A stretch of 64,000 nt of DNA from Verrucomicrobiia bacterium (GTDB taxonomy: Bacteria; Verrucomicrobiota; Verrucomicrobiia; Limisphaerales; UBA1319): contig OY760937.1 of NCBI GenBank assembly GCA_963664225.1, positions 4,096,001 through 4,160,000 of the forward strand. The letters run 5' to 3'. The notes beneath the pieces were generated by a model. It worked only from the letters and a program-made list of their open reading frames with translations, was not told the DNA's origin and did not search any database. The translations under genes and the position numbers were made by a program. Each line of letters starts with the position of its first letter. Position 1 is the first letter of the stretch. Below, in pieces: positions 27,202 through 36,464 of the stretch.

Positions 27202-27585
27202 GGAAGGTAGATAAACATGCCGCTCCGCTGGAGCTTGGATTTCGTTGTTTGTTGGATATCTATAAACATGCCACTCCTACGGAGTTTCTGATTGCGGTCC
27301 GCCGGGCGGGGACGCCCGGAACATCTGCAGACGAGGACGCCCGCGATGCAAGGGGATGCCGCGAGAAAGGGTCCGACCATAGGATGGTGCGGTTATGGGT
27401 TCAGATGGACGATGAAAAGGGTGGGTGAATGCGGTCTTGAATGGACAATGGAGAATTGACAATTGACCGGCGGTTTGGAAGGTAGATAAACATGCCGCTC
27501 CGCTGGAGCTTGGGTTTTGTCGTTGTTCGATTTCTATAAACATGCCACTCCTACGGAGTTTCTGATTGCGGTCCGCCGGGCGGGG
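27202..27585 (+). repeat. Two ~110-bp direct repeats (27202-27311, 27477-27585), each a REP doublet
   Basis: ATAAACATGCCGCTCCGCTGGAGCT and ATAAACATGCCACTCCTACGGAGTT in each unit. Confidence 0.85.
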
Positions 27586-27592
27586 GAAAGAC

Positions 27593-27721
27593 TTAACCAC
27601 AAAGAACTCAGAGAACGCAAAAAGAACGCAAAAAATACAAAGTAGATAACCACGAAATAAGGAAATACGCGAAAAAGGGGGGAAGGGAGAACCGCTAATT
27701 AACGGTAATGGTCGCTAATAA
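27593..27721 (+). repeat. Cluster of AACC-led triplet repeat modules
   Basis: AACCACAAAGAACTCAGAGAACGCAAA; AACCACGAAATAAGGAAATACGCGAAA; AACCGCTAATTAACGGTAATGGTCGCTAAT. Confidence 0.65.
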
Positions 27722-27801
27722 TTGCGGGGATGGTTGGTGAGTTTTTTAAATTCGAGGCTTTTCACGGGGCGGGAAATGGGTTTTATTGTCCGGCACGTTT
27801 T

Positions 27802-28734
27802 ATGACGAAGACGGCACTTTTATTTGCAGGACAGGGCGCTCAGGCGGTCGGTATGGGGCGCGACCTGGCGGAGAATTTCCCGGGGGCGCGGGCGTTGTTC
27901 GATCGCGCGAACGCGGTGCTGGGGTATGATCTGGCGAGGGTTTGTTTTGAGGGGCCGGAGGGGCTGTTGACGAATACGGGGAATGCGCAGCCGGGGATTT
28001 ATCTGGTGAGCTGGGTGGCGATGCAGTTGCTCCAGGAGCAGGCGCCGGGGCTGCGTTTTGAGGCGACGGCGGGGTTGTCGCTGGGTGAGTTTACGGCGCT
28101 GGCGGCGGGCGGGGCGTTGAGTTTCGAGGATGGATTGAAGCTGGTGCGTCAACGTGGGTTGCTGATGCAGGAGGCGTGCGAGGCGACGCAGGGGGGGATG
28201 GCGGCGATCATTAATCTGGATGAGGCGGCGACGCTGGGGGTTTGCGCGGAGGCGGGGGTGGAGCTGGCGAATTTGAATTGTCCGGGGCAACTGGTGATTT
28301 CGGGGGCGAGCGCGGGGATTGCGGCGGCATGCGAGCTGGCGAAGGCGCGGGGGGCGAAGAGGGCGCTGCCTTTGACGGTGGCGGGGGCGTATCATTCGCG
28401 TTTGATGGCGGGCGCGCAGCCGGGGTTGGAGGCGGCGCTGGAACCGGTGGCGGTGGCGCGGCCGAGGGTGACGGTGGTGTCCAATGTGACGGCGCAGCCG
28501 CATGAGGGTTCGCAGGAGATCAAGAAATTGCTGGTGGCGCAGGTGACTTCCCCGGTACGGTGGGAGGCTTCGATGCGGTATTTGCTGGCGCAGGGTTTCA
28601 CGCGGTTCATCGAGTTGGGGCCGGGAAAGGCGCTGAGCGGGTTTATGAAACGGATTGACGGCGGCGCGCAAATGTTCAATGTGGCCGATGCGGCGAGTCT
28701 GGCGGCGACGGTGGAAGCGCTGAGCCGGGATTGA
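27802..28734 (+). CDS. fabD: Malonyl-CoA:ACP transacylase
   Basis: FAGQGAQ, GLSLGE nucleophile motif, AGAYHS, SPVRW. Confidence 0.95.
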   Translation: MTKTALLFAGQGAQAVGMGRDLAENFPGARALFDRANAVLGYDLARVCFEGPEGLLTNTGNAQPGIYLVSWVAMQLLQEQAPGLRFEATAGLSLGEFTALAAGGALSFEDGLKLVRQRGLLMQEACEATQGGMAAIINLDEAATLGVCAEAGVELANLNCPGQLVISGASAGIAAACELAKARGAKRALPLTVAGAYHSRLMAGAQPGLEAALEPVAVARPRVTVVSNVTAQPHEGSQEIKKLLVAQVTSPVRWEASMRYLLAQGFTRFIELGPGKALSGFMKRIDGGAQMFNVADAASLAATVEALSRD

Positions 28735-28790
28735 ACCGTATTGATGGCGCGGACCGTGGGGTTCGCGGTTTTTTCAACATTTTTGCATAT

Positions 28791-29534
28791 ATGAGCAGTT
28801 TAGCGAATCAAGTGGCGGTGGTGACGGGCGCAGGGCGAGGCATTGGCCGGGCGATTGCGTTGAAGTTCGCCGCTGAGGGGGCGGATGTGGCCTGTATTTC
28901 GCGCACGCCGGAAAATGCGGAGAAAGCGGCGGCGGAGGTGCGGGCGCTGGGTCGCAAGGCGTGGGCGGTCGCGCTGGATGTGGCGGATTCGGCGGCGGTG
29001 ACGGCTGCGTGCGAGAAGCTGGTGGCGGAGACGGGGCGTGTGGATATTCTGGTCAATAATGCGGGGGTGACGCGGGACACGCTGTTGATGCGGATGAGCG
29101 AGGCGGATTGGGATACGGTGCTGGATACGAATTTGAAAGGGGCCTTTTTGTTGACCAAGGCACTGATACGCTGTTTTATTAAGCAACGATCGGGTCGGAT
29201 CATTAATATTAGTTCAGTGATCGGCTTGATTGGAAACGCCGGACAGTGTAATTATGCGGCGAGCAAGGCGGGTTTGATCGGGTTTTCCAAGTCGGTGGCG
29301 CGCGAGGTGGCGTCCCGGGGAGTGACGGTGAATGCGATAGCGCCGGGGTTCGTGGAAACGGACATGACGGCTGTGCTGAAGGACGATACCAAGGCGCTGG
29401 TGCTCAAGCAAATTCCGCTGAATAGCTTCGGACAACCGGAGGATATTGCGCTGGCGGCGCTGTTTCTGGCCGGGCCGGGCGGTCGTTACATCACGGGGCA
29501 GGTGTTGGCGGTGGATGGCGGGATGGTGATGTGA
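28791..29534 (+). CDS. fabG: 3-oxoacyl-ACP reductase
   Basis: TGAGRGIG, NNAGVTRD, NYAASKAG. Confidence 0.95.
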   Translation: MSSLANQVAVVTGAGRGIGRAIALKFAAEGADVACISRTPENAEKAAAEVRALGRKAWAVALDVADSAAVTAACEKLVAETGRVDILVNNAGVTRDTLLMRMSEADWDTVLDTNLKGAFLLTKALIRCFIKQRSGRIINISSVIGLIGNAGQCNYAASKAGLIGFSKSVAREVASRGVTVNAIAPGFVETDMTAVLKDDTKALVLKQIPLNSFGQPEDIALAALFLAGPGGRYITGQVLAVDGGMVM

Positions 29535-29707
29535 AAAGTGAAATTCAGGCTGGACGCGATGGCGGCCAACCGATAGAGAGAGTTAAAAGAGAGACTGAAA
29601 AACAATTTAGCGTCCTGAAAGGGGAAAAGTCCGAATAGGGGCTTGACGCCTTTTCGGGCGTCGTTTAGACACGCTGGAACAATCGAAATCACAAAACGGA
29701 GAAAGTC

Positions 29708-29953
29708 ATGGCTGCTGAAAAATCGACAGAACAACGCATTAAGGACATCATCGTTGAGCAATTGGGCGTCAACGCGGATCAAGTGACCAGCGAAGCCAAG
29801 TTCATTGAGGACTTGGGCGCGGATTCGCTGGACACCGTGGAATTGATCATGGCCCTGGAAGAAGAATTTGGCATCGAAGTGCCGGACGAAGAGGCCGAGA
29901 AGCTCCAGTCCGTGGGCGATGTCATCAAGTATATTGAAGAAAACCAAAAGTAA
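29708..29953 (+). CDS. acpP: Acyl carrier protein
   Basis: [20 protein letters not shown]. Confidence 0.97.
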   Translation: MAAEKSTEQRIKDIIVEQLGVNADQVTSEAKFIEDLGADSLDTVELIMALEEEFGIEVPDEEAEKLQSVGDVIKYIEENQK

Positions 29954-29973
29954 GTCAGATTTGAATCAAGTCG

Positions 29974-30013
29974 GGCAGCGGCGGCACTAAGCAAGGCGAA
30001 CGCTGCCTTTTTT
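29974..30013 (+). terminator. Intrinsic terminator after acpP
   Basis: GGCAGCG...CGCTGCC followed by a T-run. Confidence 0.6.
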
Positions 30014-30015
30014 GT

Positions 30016-31275
30016 ATGGGTCAAAATTGGACAGAGCGCAGGGTCGTGATCACAGGCCTGGGTCTTGTATCCCCGTTGGGAAACAACGTGGAGACGGCCT
30101 GGAAGAATTTGATCGCCGGCCAATGCGGTGTGGATCGGATCAGCTCGTTCGATCCTTCGGCGTTCGATTGCCAAATTGCCGCCGAGGTCAGGAATTTTGA
30201 TCCATTGCCCGCGTTTCCCTCCCCGAAGGAAGCGCGACGGACGGACCGGTTCACGCAGTTTGCGGTGGTCGCCGGTCTGGAGGCGTTGAAGGATTCAGGT
30301 CTGGATTTGGAGAAGGAGAATCGGGACGAGATCGGGGTGTTCATCGGTTCGGGCATTGGGGGTCTTTACACGACGGCGGAGCAGCATCAGATCCTGTTGC
30401 AGAAAGGGCCGCGGCGGCTTTCGCCCTTCATGATACCGATGTTGATACTCAACATGGCATCGGGAATTTTTTCGATGTATCACCGGCTGCGGGGTCCGAA
30501 TGTGGCGACGTGCTCGGCTTGCGCGACGGCGACGCATGCGATGGGCGAAGCGTGGCGCACCATTAAGATGGGGGATGCGCAGGTGATGGTGGCCGGCGGC
30601 ACGGAAGCGACGATCATTCCATTGGGTATCGGCGGGTTCTGCGCGATGAGAGCGATGAGCACGCGCAATGAGGATCCCAAACACGCATCGCGTCCATTCG
30701 ACGCGCAGCGCGATGGATTTGTGATGGGGGAAGGCTCGGGGATCGTGATTTTGGAGGAGCTGGAGCACGCGAAGGCGCGCGGCGCACGCATTTATTGCGA
30801 GGTGGCGGGTTACGGGAACACTGCCGATGCGAGCCACATGACCGCTCCCGCGCCCGAAGGGGAAGGCGGCGCACGGTGCATGAAGATGGCGTTGCGTTCC
30901 GCGGGATTGAATCCCGGGGATATCGATTACATCAATGCGCACGGGACTTCGACTCCCGCCGGGGATGTTTGCGAAACCCAGGGAATCAAGAGTGTTTTTG
31001 GAGAATATGCGCGCCAATTGATGGTCAGTTCCACCAAAGGCGCGACCGGGCACATGCTCGGGGCGGCGGGTGCCGCGGAGATGGCTTTTTGCGCGAAAGC
31101 GATTCAGACTGGGATTGTTCCGCCCACGATTAATTACGAGCATAAGGATCCCGAGTGCGATCTGGACTATGTGCCGAATACGGCCCGCGAGGCGCGCATT
31201 GAGGCGATCGTGAACAATTCGTTCGGATTTGGCGGGCACAATGCTTCCATTGCAGCCAGGAAATTCGTTGGTTGA
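30016..31275 (+). CDS. fabF: 3-oxoacyl-ACP synthase II
   Basis: CSACAT, NAHGTST, TGHMLGAAG, NSFGFGGHN. Confidence 0.96.
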   Translation: MGQNWTERRVVITGLGLVSPLGNNVETAWKNLIAGQCGVDRISSFDPSAFDCQIAAEVRNFDPLPAFPSPKEARRTDRFTQFAVVAGLEALKDSGLDLEKENRDEIGVFIGSGIGGLYTTAEQHQILLQKGPRRLSPFMIPMLILNMASGIFSMYHRLRGPNVATCSACATATHAMGEAWRTIKMGDAQVMVAGGTEATIIPLGIGGFCAMRAMSTRNEDPKHASRPFDAQRDGFVMGEGSGIVILEELEHAKARGARIYCEVAGYGNTADASHMTAPAPEGEGGARCMKMALRSAGLNPGDIDYINAHGTSTPAGDVCETQGIKSVFGEYARQLMVSSTKGATGHMLGAAGAAEMAFCAKAIQTGIVPPTINYEHKDPECDLDYVPNTAREARIEAIVNNSFGFGGHNASIAARKFVG

Positions 31276-31733
31276 TTTGAATTTGCGGCGGTTATCATTG
31301 GTTTTGGCGCCGTTCAGATTTTCAGCAAGACCAGGAGCGGATTGTGAGGATGCCGCGCTGGCGGCGACCTCAAATGAGAGTGAAAAAATTCACTTTGCGA
31401 AAAATACGCCCACTTACGATGCGTGCGTTTCAGGCCGTATTCATTGGAGTTTATATGGTTTCACACCCTCAAAACAGCGTTGAAAAATAATCCCGCACGC
31501 AGATTTCTCGGTCAAAATTAAAAAAAATTCGAAAATTTGCGCAAAAATTTTTGGAGTTGCGTCGAAAACGGATTGTGAGTAACTTCTGAAATTGAAGTGA
31601 ATAAAAAGTAAGATTAGCAGCGGATACAGTTCATAATAAGTAATATAGTGCGATTCGGGTGACTCACAAAAAGTGTGAATAACCCGCAGCGGTTTTCTGA
31701 GGAATATTTGATCCCCGGTTTTAGCAAAATGAG

Positions 31734-31797
31734 TTGACGTTGGGTGGTGGTGGGGTAAAGTGGGGCGCGAAACAAGTGATGTGGGGCAAAAAGTGGT
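31734..31797 (+). promoter_or_regulatory. dcw promoter with MraZ-type GTGGG repeats
   Basis: TTGACG-N16-TAAAGT; GTGGG at 31750, 31760, 31781 and GTGGT at 31793. Confidence 0.7.
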
Positions 31798-31818
31798 AAT
31801 GTCCCATTGAAAATCAAT

Positions 31819-32286
31819 ATGTCAACCGCCGCGGTCAACCAACCGATTTTTTACAGTTCGCTCTTCAGGCACGGAGTGGACGAAAAGCGACGGTTGCAGA
31901 TTCCGGCCAAATGGCGGCCGACTTCGGACGATTTCCAATTTTCTCTCTTTCTCTGGCCCAATGGCGCAGAGGTTGGTCCCTGCTTGATGGCGTTGCCGCC
32001 GGAGTTGTTGGTCGAATTGATGGCCAAGATCAAAACGTTTCCTTTTGCCGACCCGAAGGCGCAAACACTGAGGCGGTTGTTGGGGGCGGGTTCCACGCAG
32101 GTCACTTTGGACAAGGCGGGACGCATTTGTCTACCCCAGGAGATGGCCGATGCGGCTGGGATCTCGAAGGAAGCGGTGTTGAGCGGTTTGCTGGATCGTT
32201 TTCAGATTTGGAGTCCGGAGAATTACGCGCAGGTCGAGGCGCAGGATAAGGCATTCAGGAGCGAGGCGTTCCTGTTACTGAGCTAA
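31819..32286 (+). CDS. mraZ: Division/cell wall cluster regulator MraZ
   Basis: VDEKRRLQIP and LDKAGRICLP AbrB-like repeats, RFQIW. Confidence 0.9.
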   Translation: MSTAAVNQPIFYSSLFRHGVDEKRRLQIPAKWRPTSDDFQFSLFLWPNGAEVGPCLMALPPELLVELMAKIKTFPFADPKAQTLRRLLGAGSTQVTLDKAGRICLPQEMADAAGISKEAVLSGLLDRFQIWSPENYAQVEAQDKAFRSEAFLLLS

Positions 32287-32294
32287 GGAATCTT

Positions 32295-32972
32295 ATGAGT
32301 CTGATGCAATTATTGACGGTGGGTCATAGTTTCATGGACGTGAAAAACGCCCCGAGTCCCTACCGGATCAACCGGCGGGGATTATTGCCGCGCTTCGATA
32401 CGGTTCCCGTTGTCAAGGGGCCTGTGGCGGCGACGGAAACGGGGGTGGTTGCAGAGAATGCGGCGATTACAGAGAATTTTATCGAAGACAAACCGATGTT
32501 GATGACGCCGGAAACGGGATTGATGGCTTCTGCTGCCTCAGAAGCAACGGTTCCGGCGTCATCTGCTCCCTTTGTTGAATCGGAGCCTGAAGCGCAGGTC
32601 TTTGGAGGGACACTGGGTGCGGAACTGATGCGTCCGCGTGTGAAACTGCGTGAAGATTCATCCGGGGCTGTTCCGGGAACCGTGGTCGTCAAGAACGAGC
32701 CGAAAGTCTTCAAGAAACTGGGTTTGGGGCGGCTTTATTGGCCGGCATGGATGTTTTCGAGCACGGTGGTGGAACCGAATCGGCGTCGCGGGACGCGGGG
32801 TGCGAGTCGACAACCGGTGCGTGTGATGCGCAACTCGATGAGTTTGAGCGATGTGGAGATTGTGGCGGCTCCGTCCAGGAAGGCGGCGGGCGCGGGATGG
32901 AAAACGATGCCGTTGCAGGCATGGAACTGGCTGACAGGAAGCTGGCGTGGCCGTGGTTCCAGGCGCGGATAG
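32295..32972 (+). CDS. Hypothetical protein between mraZ and rsmH
   Basis: 225-aa ORF with AAGGA ribosome binding site and gaps under 10 bp to both neighbours. Confidence 0.7.
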   Translation: MSLMQLLTVGHSFMDVKNAPSPYRINRRGLLPRFDTVPVVKGPVAATETGVVAENAAITENFIEDKPMLMTPETGLMASAASEATVPASSAPFVESEPEAQVFGGTLGAELMRPRVKLREDSSGAVPGTVVVKNEPKVFKKLGLGRLYWPAWMFSSTVVEPNRRRGTRGASRQPVRVMRNSMSLSDVEIVAAPSRKAAGAGWKTMPLQAWNWLTGSWRGRGSRRG

Positions 32973-32979
32973 AGAACGA

Positions 32980-33912
32980 GTGTCGAATTTTGTCCATAAG
33001 CCGGTGTTGTTGGAGGAAGTGCTGGCGGCTCTCCAACCCGCAAGCGGAGGCCGGTTTCTTGATGGAACGGTTGGGGGCGGGGGGCATGCGCAGGGGATAT
33101 TGAGGGGTAGCGCGCCGGAAGGCTGGCTTTACGGGTGCGACCGGGATGAGACGGCGGTGAAGGCGGCGGAAGAACGGCTGGCGGAGTTTGCGGGGCGGTT
33201 CGAGATACGGCAGATGCGGTTCGATGAGGTGGGAAGCTGGATCGAACGGGGGACGTTGGATGGGGCGCTGCTGGATTTGGGGGTGAGTTCGCCGCAATTG
33301 GATGTTGGGGAGCGGGGGTTCAGTTTTCAGAGCGACGGTCCGCTGGACATGCGGATGGACCGGAGCCGGGGGATGACGGCGGCGGAGTTTTTGAGGACGG
33401 TGGAAGTGGAAGAGATGGCGCGGGTTTTCTGGGAGCTGGGCGGGGAGAGCGAGTCGAGGCGGCTGGCGCGGGAGATCGACCGGGTGCGCAGATCGTGCGC
33501 GCTGCAAACCACGCGACAGCTTGCGGCGTTGATAGAGCGGTGGAAGCCCCGACGCGGGGCGCGGTTGCATCCGGCGACGCAGATTTTTCAGGCGTTGCGG
33601 ATGGCGGTGAACGACGAGTTGGGGTGTTTGGAGCGCGGATTGGAAGTGGTCTGGGGTTGTTTGAAAGTGGGCGGACGCCTTGCAGTGATCACGTTTCACT
33701 CGGGCGAGGATCGGATGGTCAAGCAGTTCGGACGGTTGCGGGCGCGGGATTATACGGTGGATGGGCCGGTGGATGTTCCAGCGCTGCGTCGTCCAGCGGC
33801 GCCGGAGCTAAAAATTTTAACACGAAAAGCGATGAAGCCGGGCGAGGCCGAGGAGGCCGCGAACCCACGGGCGCGAAGCGCGCAGTTGCGGGTTTTTGAA
33901 AAGCTCGGGTGA
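32980..33912 (+). CDS. rsmH: 16S rRNA m4C1402 methyltransferase
   Basis: HKPVLL, DGTVGGGGH, DLGVSSPQLD, FHSGEDR, NPRARSA. Confidence 0.96.
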   Translation: MSNFVHKPVLLEEVLAALQPASGGRFLDGTVGGGGHAQGILRGSAPEGWLYGCDRDETAVKAAEERLAEFAGRFEIRQMRFDEVGSWIERGTLDGALLDLGVSSPQLDVGERGFSFQSDGPLDMRMDRSRGMTAAEFLRTVEVEEMARVFWELGGESESRRLAREIDRVRRSCALQTTRQLAALIERWKPRRGARLHPATQIFQALRMAVNDELGCLERGLEVVWGCLKVGGRLAVITFHSGEDRMVKQFGRLRARDYTVDGPVDVPALRRPAAPELKILTRKAMKPGEAEEAANPRARSAQLRVFEKLG

Positions 33913-33949
33913 ATGCCCCAAACAGGGTGGTTAATCGAGGAAGCGGGTT

Positions 33950-34339
33950 ATGTCTCAAAACAGGAAAAGCCAGTCGGCCAGCGTGCGGTTAGGCACGGTA
34001 TTGCTGGTCATAATCATCATACTGTTCATCGGGGGTGGGGGTGTGGGCTTTGTGTGGCAGAAGAGGGAGATCGTCCAGATGTCGCAAAAAAAGCGCCTCA
34101 AAGAGAATCACCTGGAGGAGTTGCGGCGCGAGAATAAGATGCACCGGGACCGTCTGGATTATTTGCGTCTGCCCTGGGTGCTGGACGTGCGGGCCAGGGA
34201 ATTGAATCTGGGCCTTGCGCCGTGTCCGCTGGAGCAGGTGGTCCGGCTCAACGAGCCTGTGTCCGGGAACAGCTCGACAACTAATACCGCAGCGGGATTG
34301 CTCGCGCGACGGTCCGCGCCCGGAATCGAAGTTCACTAG
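33950..34339 (+). CDS. ftsL: FtsL-like bitopic coiled-coil protein
   Basis: Position between rsmH and ftsI; transmembrane helix plus coiled coil, ARELNL. Confidence 0.7.
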   Translation: MSQNRKSQSASVRLGTVLLVIIIILFIGGGGVGFVWQKREIVQMSQKKRLKENHLEELRRENKMHRDRLDYLRLPWVLDVRARELNLGLAPCPLEQVVRLNEPVSGNSSTTNTAAGLLARRSAPGIEVH

Positions 34340-34420
34340 AAAATTCGCCGGTTCCCCGGCATTTCTCCAAAACAACGTGAAATTTCATCGGAGTCGTCTC
34401 TTGATTTTGCCGACGCAAGT

Positions 34421-36409
34421 ATGAGAAAGCCATTCCAGAAAAAAATACTGTGGTGGATGATGGGCGCGCTGATCGGCGGCTTTGTGGGGCTGGGCTATCG
34501 CCTGGTCGATTTGCAGTTGCTGCAGCATGTGGAGTTGGGGGAGATCGCGCAAAGCAACACGCGCCATGCCTATTATCTGGTGGCTCCAAGAGGGGATATC
34601 CGCGATTGCAACGGCAATCTGCTGGCGACCAGCAAGCTGGTCAAGACGGTGTGCGCCGATCCGACGCTGGTCAGCAATGAGCATGTGGGAAACCGCCAGG
34701 CGGAGGTCGCACAGGTGCTGTCGCCAATACTCCAGATGAGCGAAGCCGAGCTGGCCAGGCTGCTACAGACGCGGATGCTCACGAACAAGGCCGGGAAGAT
34801 GGTTCCCGATCAATATGTGGTGCTCAAGCGCAAGGTCAGCCAGGAGGATTGGCAGCGTTTGACCAACGCGATGTGCAAAATCAATCTGGGAATGGACGAC
34901 AAGAGCCGGCCTGTCAAGGATCGTTATGAATACCAGAGCCTGAGAGCGCGGGCGATTTATTCGGAGGACGATCAATTGCGGGTGTATCCCAATAAAAGCC
35001 GCGCGGCCCATGTGCTGGGTTATGTGGGCACGGCGATTGACCTGCAGTCTTCGAACCTGCTGGTGTCCGCCGAGGCGGCCAAGGGCGGATCCATTGCGAC
35101 ACCGGAGGCCAGGAAGAACGATGGGGATCTGAATATGCGGCGTCCGGTTGGGGTGGAGGGCAAGGACGGTGTGGAAAAGACGCTGGAAGACGCGCTCAAG
35201 GGGGTGCCGGGCTGGAGGGCGACCGAGTTGGACATGAGGCGGCGGGAGATGGTGGCGTTCCGCGATCAGGACGTTCCGGCGCGACCGGGGCTGACGGCGA
35301 CGCTGACGCTGGATTTGGGCTTGCAGGAAATTCTGGAAACCGAGCTGGCGGTTGCGGCTCAAAAGCATTCGCCGGTGAGCATTTCCGGCATGATTATTCG
35401 GCCTTCCACGGGCGAGATTCTCGCCATGGCCACACTGCCGAACTTCGATCCAAATAATCCCGGCGCCTTCGATCCGAATGTGCGCCGCAACCGCGTGATC
35501 ACGGATTTGGCCGAGCCGGGTTCCACGTACAAGATTGTGGTTGTGACAGGGGCGCTCAATGAGAAGAAGGTGACGCTGGGGGATTTATTCGATTGTGAAC
35601 AGGGCCACTTTATCTATGCGGGGCGCCTGCTCAGGGATCACGTCCGTTACGGGGTGCTTTCGGTGGAACAGATCATCACCAAGTCCTCAAACATTGGCGC
35701 GGCCAAGATTGGCATAAAAATGGGGCCGGATTTGCTCTATCAATATGAGCGGGCCTTTGGGTTTGGCGAGAGGACTGGCATCGATCTGCCCGGAGAGCGC
35801 ATTGGCTTGGTGTATGCGCCGGAGCACTGGACCAAACTTTCGATTTCCCGAATTCCGATGGGACAGGAGGTGGCGGTCACACCGCTTCAAATGGTGATGG
35901 CGATGAGCGCGATTGCCAACGGCGGCAAGTTGATGCGCCCGTGGATCGTGAAACGTCTCGAGGATGAAAGCGGCAAGTTGGTGCAGCAATACGAACCGCA
36001 GATGGTCCGACAGGTTTGTTTGGAGGCGACCGCACGGCAAATGGTTACGGCGTTGAAAACCGTTGCCGCGACCAATGGCACGGCACCCCAGGCGCAATTG
36101 GATAATTATATTGTGGCCGGAAAAACGGGAACGGCACAGAAATCTGGCGGCAAGCTCGGGTATTTGCCGGGGAAATACTTCTCATCCTTCATCGGTTTTT
36201 TTCCGGCGGACCGTCCGGAGCTGTGCATATCCGTGGTGATGGACGAGCCGCGCAACGGTTATTATGGCGGGCAGGCCGCGGCGCCTTGTTTTCATAACAT
36301 CGGGGAGCGGGCCGCCAAGTATTTGAGCATTCGTCCCGATTCGCTGCCTGTGGATGTCATGGCGATGCCGCTGCGGACGAACCGGTTGACGACAGTGCGC
36401 GCAAGGTGA
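34421..36409 (+). CDS. ftsI: Class B penicillin-binding protein (FtsI/PBP3)
   Basis: RGDIRD, EPGSTYK, KSSNIG, GKTGTAQ. Confidence 0.92.
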   Translation: MRKPFQKKILWWMMGALIGGFVGLGYRLVDLQLLQHVELGEIAQSNTRHAYYLVAPRGDIRDCNGNLLATSKLVKTVCADPTLVSNEHVGNRQAEVAQVLSPILQMSEAELARLLQTRMLTNKAGKMVPDQYVVLKRKVSQEDWQRLTNAMCKINLGMDDKSRPVKDRYEYQSLRARAIYSEDDQLRVYPNKSRAAHVLGYVGTAIDLQSSNLLVSAEAAKGGSIATPEARKNDGDLNMRRPVGVEGKDGVEKTLEDALKGVPGWRATELDMRRREMVAFRDQDVPARPGLTATLTLDLGLQEILETELAVAAQKHSPVSISGMIIRPSTGEILAMATLPNFDPNNPGAFDPNVRRNRVITDLAEPGSTYKIVVVTGALNEKKVTLGDLFDCEQGHFIYAGRLLRDHVRYGVLSVEQIITKSSNIGAAKIGIKMGPDLLYQYERAFGFGERTGIDLPGERIGLVYAPEHWTKLSISRIPMGQEVAVTPLQMVMAMSAIANGGKLMRPWIVKRLEDESGKLVQQYEPQMVRQVCLEATARQMVTALKTVAATNGTAPQAQLDNYIVAGKTGTAQKSGGKLGYLPGKYFSSFIGFFPADRPELCISVVMDEPRNGYYGGQAAAPCFHNIGERAAKYLSIRPDSLPVDVMAMPLRTNRLTTVRAR

Positions 36410-36464
36410 ATGTTAAATCAGGGGTCATGGGATTGACCGAGGGTGGGGGGAGAGTGAAGTTGAC

